From NCBI GenBank assembly GCA_965221775.1, contig CBDCSU010000006.1, positions 2,208,001 through 2,272,000 of the forward strand: DNA of 64,000 nt, given 5' to 3'. The stretch is from Candidatus Latescibacterota bacterium (GTDB taxonomy: Bacteria > Latescibacterota > UBA2968 > UBA8231). A program made the position numbers and the translations under genes. The notes under the pieces were generated by a model that did no database searches, was not told the origin of the DNA, and saw nothing but the letters and a program-made list of their open reading frames with translations. Shown piece after piece: positions 55,680 through 64,000 of this stretch (position 1 is its first letter; every line of letters starts with the position of its first letter).

Positions 55680-57809
55680 TCACTCCACCGCTTCCGGCCA
55701 CTGGTACACGTGGACCTCCAGGGGCTGGAAGAGGTCGGTGAAGCTGCGGGACTCGGCCCCCGCCGAGCGGTCCTCGAACATCGCCCGGGGCCGCACCGGC
55801 CGGTCGAAACGCCAGGTGCCCAGGGCCAGCTCCGGCGTCACGTTGACGGCGATCAGGGTGTGGACGCCGTCGTGGAGGCGCTCGGTGAACTGGATCGCCT
55901 CTCCTTCCTGCTCCAGCTGCACGCTCCGCACCGTGGCGCCGGCGGCCAGGGTCGGGGCCAGGTGGCGGATCTCGCTGGAGAGCTTGAGGACCTCCGTCCA
56001 TTGCCGCGGATAGATCGCCACGTCGTTGGTGTACGGGGTACCGGGGATCCTGCCCCCGGCCGCGTAGAACACGAGCCCCTTCACGCCCCGCACCAGGGCC
56101 AGGTAGTTCATGGCCCGGATCTCCTCGCGGCTGGGGCGGAAACCCCCCTCGAGGGTGACGATCCGGCCGCGGTTGCTGTCGAGGCGGTAGTCGAAGGTCT
56201 GGGAGCAGAACCACACCTGCTTGCCCTCGGGTCCGGCGGCCTCGAAGGCCGCGTCGAGGGTCAGCTCGTCCATGGAGGTGATCGAGTTGTCGGGCAGCAG
56301 CGGGTTGAGGATGGGGTAGGAGTAGACGAAGTAGGCGTCCCCCAGGGCCCCACCCCACTGGAGCATGAAGGTGACGGGGTGGTTCGGGTCCCTCTCCCGG
56401 ATGAACCGGTAGGTCTCGGCGGCCAGGGCCGCCTGGTTCTCGCTGGCGTACTCGTTCCACCAGGCCAGGGTGGCGGGGTGGTCCTTGACTCGGGCGATCA
56501 GGTCGGTGAGACGACCGGGGTCGCCGCGGCCCAGGGCCTGGGAGGCGTAGTAGAAGTGGATGAGCCCCTTCATACCGATGGCCAGCAGGTCGTCCAGGGT
56601 CCGGGTGGAGGCTTCGCCGATGAGCTTGTAGTTGATCCCGGCCTCGACCGCCTGGGCCAGGTAGGGCATGTGACTCTTCTGCGAGACGTTGGAGGAGTAG
56701 ATGCCGACCGGGAAGAAGGGCTCGCCGTTGACGCGGAAGACATCCCCGTCGAAGCCCGACACCACCGTTACGGGCGCGTTGACGCCGAAGCGCCAGCGCA
56801 GCCGGTTGCCGGCGTTGCCCGCCCGGTCCGAGAGGGAGACGTCCACCTGGTGGACGCCGTCGGCCAGGGTCCCGGCGGCGTAGCGGAACCCGTCGCCGGT
56901 GATCTCGGCGCGGGAGGTGACGTCCTCGCCGTCGAGCAGGATCCGGATCGAGGCGGGGTCGACCCCCGAGCCGTCCTCGCGGAACCCGGCCGAGAGCAGC
57001 GGCGGACCCTCCACCGTCGAGTCCGGGGTCGGTCGAGGGAGCACCAGGGCCGGGGGCGTCGTGTCCTCTTGTGAGACCGGGGAGATCCGCGCCTTCATCC
57101 GGTCCAGCACCGTGATCCTCAGCTCCTTCCCGGCCTCGTACTGGGCGGCGATCTCGGCCTCGGACAGGGCCCGGCCGTAGAGCCGGACGTCGTCGATCTG
57201 GCCGGTGAAGAAGCCGCCCGGGCCCGGACCGTACACGCGGGTCCCCACGTAGAGGGACGCCTCCAGGGTGCCGGCCTCGAAGGGGTCGTTGTCCTGCGTT
57301 CCCCGAAGCTGGCCGTTCACGTAGACCCGGACCTCGCCGTCCTCGAAGGTGCCGGCCAGGTGGGCCCAGGTCTGCTGGCCGGGGCCGGGCCCGGAGGCGT
57401 TCCTGCCCTCGGGACAGTCGGTGACGCCGAAGTTCACCCGGTTCCGCGCCAGACTGAGACGGTAGTTCTGGCGCAGGATGCTGCAGCCGTTCTTCGCCAG
57501 CACTGCCTGCGAGGAGTTGACGGGCGTGTTGATCCAGCAGCTCACGGTGTGCGGCCCCGAGAACCGCAGGTGCTCCGAGTCGGGGATCTCCACGTGATCG
57601 TCCTGCCCGTCGAAGCGCAGGGCGTACCCCTCCGGCAGCGGCACGTACTCCGCCCCGTGGATGACACCGTCGAGGCCGTGGCCGCCGGCATCGCGGGCGA
57701 CGGTGCCTTCGCCCTCGTCGAAGGAGTAGTGGGCCACGAGGCCGTCCTCCTGGGCCGGGGCGCCGGCGGCGAGGAGGAGACCGAGGAGGATCAGCGTTCT
57801 GGATCGCAT
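55680..57809 (-). CDS. Secreted LamG + Ig-like + putative GH-A-like catalytic domain protein
   Basis: ATG 57809, signal peptide; LVAHYSFDEG, GQIDDVRLYGRALS; DTTPP..DRAGN Ig domain; VNGEPFFPVGIY, WWNE, PSREEIRAMNYLALVRGVKGLVFY. Confidence 0.8.
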   Translation of the reverse strand: MRSRTLILLGLLLAAGAPAQEDGLVAHYSFDEGEGTVARDAGGHGLDGVIHGAEYVPLPEGYALRFDGQDDHVEIPDSEHLRFSGPHTVSCWINTPVNSSQAVLAKNGCSILRQNYRLSLARNRVNFGVTDCPEGRNASGPGPGQQTWAHLAGTFEDGEVRVYVNGQLRGTQDNDPFEAGTLEASLYVGTRVYGPGPGGFFTGQIDDVRLYGRALSEAEIAAQYEAGKELRITVLDRMKARISPVSQEDTTPPALVLPRPTPDSTVEGPPLLSAGFREDGSGVDPASIRILLDGEDVTSRAEITGDGFRYAAGTLADGVHQVDVSLSDRAGNAGNRLRWRFGVNAPVTVVSGFDGDVFRVNGEPFFPVGIYSSNVSQKSHMPYLAQAVEAGINYKLIGEASTRTLDDLLAIGMKGLIHFYYASQALGRGDPGRLTDLIARVKDHPATLAWWNEYASENQAALAAETYRFIRERDPNHPVTFMLQWGGALGDAYFVYSYPILNPLLPDNSITSMDELTLDAAFEAAGPEGKQVWFCSQTFDYRLDSNRGRIVTLEGGFRPSREEIRAMNYLALVRGVKGLVFYAAGGRIPGTPYTNDVAIYPRQWTEVLKLSSEIRHLAPTLAAGATVRSVQLEQEGEAIQFTERLHDGVHTLIAVNVTPELALGTWRFDRPVRPRAMFEDRSAGAESRSFTDLFQPLEVHVYQWPEAVE

Positions 57810-57902
57810 GGGGATTCGCTCCGGAAAGGGGCGTGACTTGCTCTCGGGCTGGGAATCCCCAAGTCTAGGCGCCTCGCTCGCAATCAGCCACGGGAGGCCA
57901 GG

Positions 57903-58853
57903 ATGCCGGAACACCGCACGAAGCCGGGGCCCGATTGGGAATGCGTCACCCGCCAGGCCCCCTGGCAGGCCCGGGACTCGCAGGGGGAGTTCGTCCACGA
58001 CGGCCACCTGTGGATCCTGGGCGGCTGGTTCTCGCCCACCACCACGGGCCCCCGGGACGTGTGGAAGTCGCCGGACGGGGCCCGCTGGACCTGCACGGTC
58101 GCGGAGGCGCCCTGGGAGTACGGCGACCTGCCGGCCACCCTCTCCTACGGCGGCCGCATGTGGGTCATGGGCGGCCGGCGCATGCCCGGCGCCGCCAACT
58201 GCAACCAGGTCTGGTCCTCCACCGACGGCGCCGACTGGAGCCTGGTGAACGCCAGCGCCGGCTGGTGCCCCCGGGTCTCGCCCTCCTTCGCCGTCTTCCG
58301 CGACCGCATGTGGATCATGGCCGGCACCGAGAACTTCTACGAGGACACGGCCGACACCCTGAAGAACGACGTCTGGTCCTCCGCCGCCGGGGAGAGCTGG
58401 CGCCTGGAGACCCGCCGCGCCGAGTGGCCGAAACGCACCCACGCCCAGGCCGCCGTCTTCGACGGCAGACTCTGGATCATGGGCGGCGGCGCCTGGCGGC
58501 CGAAGACGATCCCCCGCAACGACGTGTGGTGCTCGGAGGACGGCGTTCGCTGGACCTGCGTCACCGAGGCGGCGCCGTGGAAGCCGCGCATGTGGTTCTC
58601 GGTGGTCGTCTACCGGGGGTGCATGTGGCTCCTGGGCGGCTGGAACCGCGAGGACGGCAACTTCGGGGACGTCTGGTACACGCGGGACGGCGCCCGGTGG
58701 ACGGAGGTGAAGTCCCGGGTGATCTGGAGCCCTCGCCACGAGCACTCGGCGTACGCATTCCGCGACCGGATCTGGGTCGCCGGCGGCTACGGCGAGGAGC
58801 TGGACAGCGAGGTCTGGTCCCTGCACGTGCCCCCGGACTTCCCCGAGGGCTGA
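57903..58853 (+). CDS. Kelch-like beta-propeller protein
   Basis: About 6 repeats of W..R......F.GRLWIMGG....NDVW.S.DG..W. Confidence 0.82.
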   Translation: MPEHRTKPGPDWECVTRQAPWQARDSQGEFVHDGHLWILGGWFSPTTTGPRDVWKSPDGARWTCTVAEAPWEYGDLPATLSYGGRMWVMGGRRMPGAANCNQVWSSTDGADWSLVNASAGWCPRVSPSFAVFRDRMWIMAGTENFYEDTADTLKNDVWSSAAGESWRLETRRAEWPKRTHAQAAVFDGRLWIMGGGAWRPKTIPRNDVWCSEDGVRWTCVTEAAPWKPRMWFSVVVYRGCMWLLGGWNREDGNFGDVWYTRDGARWTEVKSRVIWSPRHEHSAYAFRDRIWVAGGYGEELDSEVWSLHVPPDFPEG

Positions 58854-58885
58854 CGAGCAGCGCCGCCTCGCGTCCGCGGAGTTCC

Positions 58886-59398
58886 TCACCCGCGCAGGGA
58901 GTCCAGGAAGTCCCGCACCTCCGCATCCGACCGCAGGATCACCACGTTCTTCTGCGGCCGGACCTGGTCCAGCCGCCGCAGTATGCCCGGCAGGCGCGTC
59001 CTGTTGTAGCTCCAGATCCAGCGGAGGAACTCGACGCTCGGACGCTGCTCCCGGCACCCGGGGTGCAGGTCCGGGCGGCTTCGGCCCCAGTGGCGGAGGC
59101 TCCGCTTGAAGACGCGGAGGAGGCAGGTCGCGCGCGAGCGGGCCAGGAGGATCACGGTGTCGCTGGCGGCGATCCGATCCTCCATGGTGCCGCCGTAGTT
59201 GCCGTCGAGGATCCAGGCTTCGGGCCGAAGGAGCTCCGCGTGGCGGCGCTCCCACTCCTCCTTCGGCGGTCTCTCCCATCCGGCGCGCCAGTGGACGGCG
59301 TCCAGGTGGACCACCGGCAGGCCGAGCCGCGATCCCAGCTCCACGGCCAGGCGGGACTTGCCCGAGCTGGAGCAGCCGATGATGGAGATCCTGCGCAC
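58886..59398 (-). CDS. DNA topology modulation protein FlaR-like (P-loop kinase)
   Basis: IIGCSSSGKS, HLDAVHW, WILDGNY, FLRWIW. Confidence 0.85.
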   Translation of the reverse strand: MRRISIIGCSSSGKSRLAVELGSRLGLPVVHLDAVHWRAGWERPPKEEWERRHAELLRPEAWILDGNYGGTMEDRIAASDTVILLARSRATCLLRVFKRSLRHWGRSRPDLHPGCREQRPSVEFLRWIWSYNRTRLPGILRRLDQVRPQKNVVILRSDAEVRDFLDSLRG

Positions 59399-59410
59399 TC
59401 TCGGGCCCCG

Positions 59411-61795
59411 TTACACGGCCTCCAGGAACTCGACGATCACGCCGGCCAGCTCCCGCGGCTTGTGCCAGCCGACGTCGTGGATGGTGTCGGGGATCCAGTG
59501 AACGCGCCCCTTGGGGATCGTCCGTTCCGCCAGGTCCATCATGCGCTCGCGCATGAGGCCGAAGTCGGTGGGGGCTTCCTCTGCCGGGGGGCGGGCGGCC
59601 ACCATCAGGGTCGGGCAGCTCAGGCGCGGCCAGGCGTCGGTGACGGGGTCGTCCCACATGGCACGGAGTATCTGCGCATGGTGCCCGGGCTGCAGGATGT
59701 CGTACGTCAGTCCGTCCCGGTCGTGGACCATGGTCTGCACGATGCGCTCGACCTCGCTGTTCCAGCAGACCGAGAGCTGGCCGCCGATGCGGGCCAGGAA
59801 CTCGGCCCGGGTACCCGACACGTCCCGCGGCCGGAACGTGTGCCTGAACTCCTCCCTGGTGGCGCCCGGCATCATCTTCGGGGCGACGAAGCCGCCGTCG
59901 ATCAGGACCAGCGCCCGCACTCGCTCCGGAAAGTGGACCGCCGCGGCGACGGCCACGTTGCCGCCCCAGGAGTGTCCGAAGAGGATGGCCTGCTCGAGGC
60001 CCAGCACGTCGAGCAGCCCCATGGCGTCAGCGGCGATCGAGGGCCCGTCGTAGCCCTCCGGGGCCTGGGTCGTGCGGCCGTGGCCGCGCTGGTCGGGCGC
60101 GATGATCCGGAAGCGCGCGCGGAGCTCGGGAGCGAGGAGGTCGTACCAGTGGGCGGAGGAGGCCAGGCCGTGAAGGGCCAGCACCGGTTGGCCGTCGCCG
60201 CCCCAGTCGAAGTAGCGCATTCTCAGGGACCTCACCTCCGCCCACTCTTCGCGGGGGCGGCGACTCGAGGTCTCGATCGGTTCGAAGGGATGGAGGTCGG
60301 GTTCGCAGGCGGTCGGAGCCTCTGGGCTTCCATCTGCCTCGGGCCTGGGGACCGCATCGGCGATGCCCTTGAGCATGTCCGAGAAGACGAGGCGGTGGAG
60401 CGGCCAGACGCCGTACCAGTAGGCCAGCCCGAGGAGCCCGACAGGGTCGAAGATCGCCGTCTGGCGAATGGTGGAGGAGCCTTCGACCTCGAACTCCAGC
60501 CACGCCCGTCCGGGCAGCTTCATCTCGGCCATCAGCCGCAGGCGGCGTCCCGGCTCGATCGCCTCCACCCGCCAGCAGTCGAGGGCATCGCCAACGGCGA
60601 GGGTTTCCGGGTGGCGCCGGCCGCGGCGCATGCCGACACCTCCGGCGGCCAGGTCCACCAGTCCGCGCAGCCTCCACAGCCAGTTGCCGTAGTACCAGCC
60701 GGTGCTTCCACCGATGCGCTCGACGGGCCCGAAGGCCGCGGCCGGCGGGCAGTCCACGCGCACGGTGCGGGAATCGACGAGGCGGCTCCCGAAACGTACC
60801 CCGCCCCAGTCGCGGAGGCCGCCGCTCGAAGCGAGGGCATCGGACCAGCGCGTCTCGGCGAAGTCGCGATCCTCGTTGCGGAGAGCGCCGGCGATCGCTT
60901 CGCCGACACCTTGGGGCTGGATGTGCGGGAAGGCGCGCCGCGCGGCGTCGCCGCGGACGACGGTCGGATGGCGGATGCTGTCGATGAGCTTGCGGCCGAC
61001 CCTGGCGTAGACGGGTGTCACCAGACCGAGCCAGAGGCTGGAGAGGCGAGGGGTCAGCAGCGGCACGGGGACCATCAGGCGGCGGAGTCGGCGCTGGCGG
61101 GCGTACTCCCGCATGAGGTCGCCGTACGAGACGCAGTCGGGGCCTCCGATCTCGAAGACCTCGTTGCCGTCCGTCTCCAGGTCGAGGGCGGCGGAGAGGT
61201 ACTGCAGCAGGTCCGTGATCGCTATGGGCTGGGCCGTGACCTTCACCCACTTCGGCGTCACCATGAGGGGGAGGCGTTCCACGAGGGAGCGGATCATCTC
61301 GAAGGAGAGACTCCCGGAGCCGATGACGACGGAAGCCCGGAACTCGAGGACCTGCACCCCCGACTCCCGGAGGACCTCGGCGACCTCGAGGCGGCTCCTG
61401 AGATGCGCGGAGAGCTCCTCGCTTCCATCGCCGAGTCCGCCGAGGTAGACGATGCGGCCCACGCCGGCACGGCTCGCTTCCTCAGCGAAATTGCGGGCGG
61501 CCCGGCGGTCCTGCTCCTCGAAGTCACCCCTCGAGCCCATGGAGTGCACCATGTAGAAGGCGGCGCGAACGCTCTCCATCGTTCCCTGCACGCTCTCGCG
61601 GTGGAGGAGGTCGCCCTCGACGATTTCGGTCGTCGCCGCGACGCGGCCCTCGAGGGCCCAGGGACGCCGGGACAGGCAGCGGACGCGTTGGCCCGCCGCT
61701 TCCAGCGCGCGCAGCAGCCGCCCGCCGACGTAGCCGGTGGCGCCGGTGAGGAGGACCGGCGAGTCCCGGTCCTCAGGGGCGGCGCTGGTAGGCAA
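59411..61795 (-). CDS. YbjT-like atypical SDR + DUF2867 fused to an alpha/beta hydrolase
   Basis: LTGATGYVGG, YMVHSM, IGG..GWYYGNWLWRLRG, EMKLPGRAWLEF; then LHGL, DQRGHG, GHSWGG, HDV. Confidence 0.85.
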   Translation of the reverse strand: MPTSAAPEDRDSPVLLTGATGYVGGRLLRALEAAGQRVRCLSRRPWALEGRVAATTEIVEGDLLHRESVQGTMESVRAAFYMVHSMGSRGDFEEQDRRAARNFAEEASRAGVGRIVYLGGLGDGSEELSAHLRSRLEVAEVLRESGVQVLEFRASVVIGSGSLSFEMIRSLVERLPLMVTPKWVKVTAQPIAITDLLQYLSAALDLETDGNEVFEIGGPDCVSYGDLMREYARQRRLRRLMVPVPLLTPRLSSLWLGLVTPVYARVGRKLIDSIRHPTVVRGDAARRAFPHIQPQGVGEAIAGALRNEDRDFAETRWSDALASSGGLRDWGGVRFGSRLVDSRTVRVDCPPAAAFGPVERIGGSTGWYYGNWLWRLRGLVDLAAGGVGMRRGRRHPETLAVGDALDCWRVEAIEPGRRLRLMAEMKLPGRAWLEFEVEGSSTIRQTAIFDPVGLLGLAYWYGVWPLHRLVFSDMLKGIADAVPRPEADGSPEAPTACEPDLHPFEPIETSSRRPREEWAEVRSLRMRYFDWGGDGQPVLALHGLASSAHWYDLLAPELRARFRIIAPDQRGHGRTTQAPEGYDGPSIAADAMGLLDVLGLEQAILFGHSWGGNVAVAAAVHFPERVRALVLIDGGFVAPKMMPGATREEFRHTFRPRDVSGTRAEFLARIGGQLSVCWNSEVERIVQTMVHDRDGLTYDILQPGHHAQILRAMWDDPVTDAWPRLSCPTLMVAARPPAEEAPTDFGLMRERMMDLAERTIPKGRVHWIPDTIHDVGWHKPRELAGVIVEFLEAV

Positions 61796-62555
61796 TGGCG
61801 TAGAAGGCGCGGGTCCGGCCGCTGCGGTTGGGCTCGCTGCGGTGCCAGGTGTAGTTGGTGAAGAACAGGCCGTCTCCCGGCTTCGTGGCGACCAGCTTCT
61901 CGCGGGAGGAATCGACCTGATCCGGAGGGACCCGGTGGCGCATGAAGGGCTTGAACCCGTCGTCGTCCATGCGGCCCATGGGTGGATCGTCGTAGTAGGA
62001 CTCGTGGTCGACGAGGCGCCAGCCGCGGTGACTGGCAGGCATCACCGCCAGGGCGCTGGCCTCGGCGGCGACCTCCGTCAGGGGGATCCAGCAGTTGCAC
62101 CCCAGCTCGGGGGCGATCTTCCAGTAGAACGAGTCCTGGTGGAAGTAGCTGCGACCGCCCTGTTCCTCGGCGACGACGGCGTGCTTGACGCCGATCTGAT
62201 CGGTGTAGCGCTCCACCGGACCGTCGAGCAGGGCGGCCATGGCCGCCGCGAGCCTCGGATGGTCGGCGATCCGGGAGAAGACCTGTTCCTGGCTGGCCGG
62301 CTGCTGGATGCCGCCCGGCAGCGGGTCCCCCCCGGCCGACTCGTACCGTCGCGGGTCGAGGACCTGGAAGTGCCTCGACGGCCAGTCGGCCGGACCTCGG
62401 GCCAGCTCCATGGTGCGCCGGCGGGCGGCCTCGACCAGATCGGCGGGGATCAGGCCCTCGATCAGGCAGTAACCCTCCTCCCGGTACTGCCGCAGGTGGG
62501 CCGCCGTCGCGGCGCCGGTGTCGCGGCCCCCTGAAGAGGGCCTGTCGTTCTTCAT
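61773..62555 (-). CDS. PhyH family dioxygenase
   Basis: YREEGYCLIEGL, FHQDSFYW, WIPL, PASH, PGDGLFF..TWHRS. Confidence 0.88.
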   Translation of the reverse strand: MKNDRPSSGGRDTGAATAAHLRQYREEGYCLIEGLIPADLVEAARRRTMELARGPADWPSRHFQVLDPRRYESAGGDPLPGGIQQPASQEQVFSRIADHPRLAAAMAALLDGPVERYTDQIGVKHAVVAEEQGGRSYFHQDSFYWKIAPELGCNCWIPLTEVAAEASALAVMPASHRGWRLVDHESYYDDPPMGRMDDDGFKPFMRHRVPPDQVDSSREKLVATKPGDGLFFTNYTWHRSEPNRSGRTRAFYAIAYQRRP

Positions 62556-62556
62556 G

Positions 62557-63303
62557 TCAGCGGTACCTCGTCTTGCGGGCGACGACGATCATGCGGTCGC
62601 TGCCTCGATGAAAGGGTTCGCCGTTCAGGGAACCGAAGGCGGATTCCACCTCGAGTCCCGCCGCGGCGAGGAGTCCGCGCATCTGCGCCCGCGTGTAGAG
62701 GCGCTGGGAGGACCGGCTCTCCTCCGCCGGGATGCCGGCGATCACGCGCCGCCCCACGAGCCGCTCCCTCCGCGCGTCCCACCGAGACCGGTAGCGAACG
62801 CCGTGCTTGACGTCGAGGGGCCGGAAGTTGCGCAGGATCCGCTCGCGGTTCAGCTGGTCGATCAGGAGCCGTCCCCCCGGGCGCAAGGCGCGGGCGAAGC
62901 GCCGCACCAGGTCGGCGTTCTCGTCATCGGAAAAGTAACCGAAGCTGTTGAACCAGTTGCACACGGCATGGAACTCGTTCTCGAAGTCGATGGCCCGCAT
63001 GTCCAGGCACCGGAGATCGGCACGCACTCCCTCCCTTCGGAATCGCCGCCGGGCACGATCGACGAAGGTCCGTCGCAGGTCGATGCCGACGACCTTCACC
63101 CCGTGCCGCGCCAGGGGAAGGGCGACCCGTCCGGCGCCGCAAGGGGCGTCCAGGAGGTGCTGCCCCTTGCGGACCCGCAGCAGGCGGCGGAGGGAATCCG
63201 CCTCTTCTTCCCCGCCCTCGTCCGGGCGCAGCCACAGGTCTTCGTGCAGGGTCTGGAACCACTCCTGTCGTCGAGAAGGCCTGTCGCGGGAAGGAGTCGC
63301 CAT
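62557..63303 (-). CDS. Class I SAM-dependent methyltransferase
   Basis: LLDAPCGAGR, DMRAI, NSFGYF, LRPGGRLLID. Confidence 0.9.
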   Translation of the reverse strand: MATPSRDRPSRRQEWFQTLHEDLWLRPDEGGEEEADSLRRLLRVRKGQHLLDAPCGAGRVALPLARHGVKVVGIDLRRTFVDRARRRFRREGVRADLRCLDMRAIDFENEFHAVCNWFNSFGYFSDDENADLVRRFARALRPGGRLLIDQLNRERILRNFRPLDVKHGVRYRSRWDARRERLVGRRVIAGIPAEESRSSQRLYTRAQMRGLLAAAGLEVESAFGSLNGEPFHRGSDRMIVVARKTRYR

Positions 63304-63317
63304 GGCTCAGCGCGACG

Positions 63318-63878
63318 TCAGGATTCCCGATGAGGGTCCGATGGGATCTCCAGGTCTTCTCCGCAGGAGCCGCACCTCACTCGGATCTCAGTGAGGACCT
63401 TCGGCACGCGGTTCTCCGATCCGCAGCGGGGACATCTCACCAGGCGCGGCTGCAGGGGCTGCGCGAGGAACCCGGCCCGGGGCGTCCTGCCGAGTTGCAC
63501 GGGGAAGGCACTTGCGGCCACGTCCATGGCCTTCACGATCACGGTCAGTGGCGCCCGAAAGAACTCCTTACCCGGATTGACGCGATGGTCCTCCAGGGCC
63601 GAGTGGGTCCGGCCTTCCGCACGATTTCGATCCGAGACATGGACGAAGTAGACGAGCTTGAACTCCCCGTATACCGACGTCGAGGTGCTCAACTCGGATA
63701 CACGGGCATCCGGTGGCCTGGAGGACTGGCCGATCTTGTAGACGGGATCGACGAAGGAGCTGTTGCTGCAGGCATAGATCCAGCCCAGTCTCCGGTACTC
63801 CCGCCGCCTCTTGTCGAAGGAGGCGATCGCGGCATAGCTCAGCTGGATCGGATCGATGCCGGGGTGAGAGGTCAACAC
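63318..63878 (-). CDS. GIY-YIG (T5orf172/MUG113-like) domain protein with C-terminal zinc ribbon
   Basis: GWIY..SNSS, YKIGQS.R.P..RV.EL..STSV, EGRTH, KEFF; CPRC...CGSC; GTG/TTG start overlaps the upstream stop. Confidence 0.8.
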   Translation of the reverse strand: MLTSHPGIDPIQLSYAAIASFDKRRREYRRLGWIYACSNSSFVDPVYKIGQSSRPPDARVSELSTSTSVYGEFKLVYFVHVSDRNRAEGRTHSALEDHRVNPGKEFFRAPLTVIVKAMDVAASAFPVQLGRTPRAGFLAQPLQPRLVRCPRCGSENRVPKVLTEIRVRCGSCGEDLEIPSDPHRES

Positions 63879-64000
63879 TTCCGTCCCGCGATGAGGAGTT
63901 TCCGGGGCAGTCCCTCGAGCGGGGCGTGTTCCCACGATTCCGGTCCATCGCCGACCTCGTCAAACTTGACCAGATCGGCTCCCTGCTCGATGACGGCGTT
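63872..64000 (-). CDS. C-terminal end of a gene entering from the right edge (possibly a SAM methyltransferase)
   Basis: Open frame NAVIEQGADLVKFDEVGDGPESWEHAPLEGLPRKLLIAGRKC*, not in the ORF track. Confidence 0.55.
   Translation of the reverse strand, partial: NAVIEQGADLVKFDEVGDGPESWEHAPLEGLPRKLLIAGRKC

Noticed and set aside
57810-59657. N-terminal extension of the 1325-aa LamG ORF
   Set aside because: Overlaps real genes; the signal peptide starts at 57809
57935-61861. 1308-aa plus-strand ORF
   Set aside because: Off-frame or antisense to kelch, FlaR-like and SDR-hydrolase genes; Arg/Pro/Gly-rich product typical of high-GC shadow frames

Overview
High-GC (roughly 70% by eye) bacterial chromosomal window with about 53 protein-coding genes. 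I recognised no rRNA, tRNA or CRISPR array. It opens with the N-terminal ketosynthase of a type I PKS (minus strand, running off the left edge), which resembles the 'sup'-type PKSs of sponge symbionts. From 1.5 to 21 kb is a striking block of three parts. (i) A response-regulator/PP2C phosphatase, an orphan periplasmic binding protein, a TorS-like histidine kinase, a Tsx-like channel and an NCS2 permease carrying a degenerate RsbW-like domain. (ii) An MpaB/Lcp-family oxygenase with an MMPL transporter, a LolA-like protein and an outer-membrane barrel. (iii) A convergent, tightly coupled operon: DcaP-like porin, Tat-exported binding protein, HAMP sensor with no output domain, OFA MFS, squalene synthase and ispH. 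The rest is accessory catabolic and secreted-protein genes: three PhyH dioxygenases, a hydantoinase pair, WD40/LamG/kelch proteins and several unusual fusions. A lower-GC VapBC45-type toxin-antitoxin island is flanked by two decayed IS remnants (ISKra4-like and IS3-like) that the ORF track misses. Gene content suggests an FCB-related sponge-symbiont-like lineage, but this is inference only. All family assignments are by motif recognition; no database searches were run.
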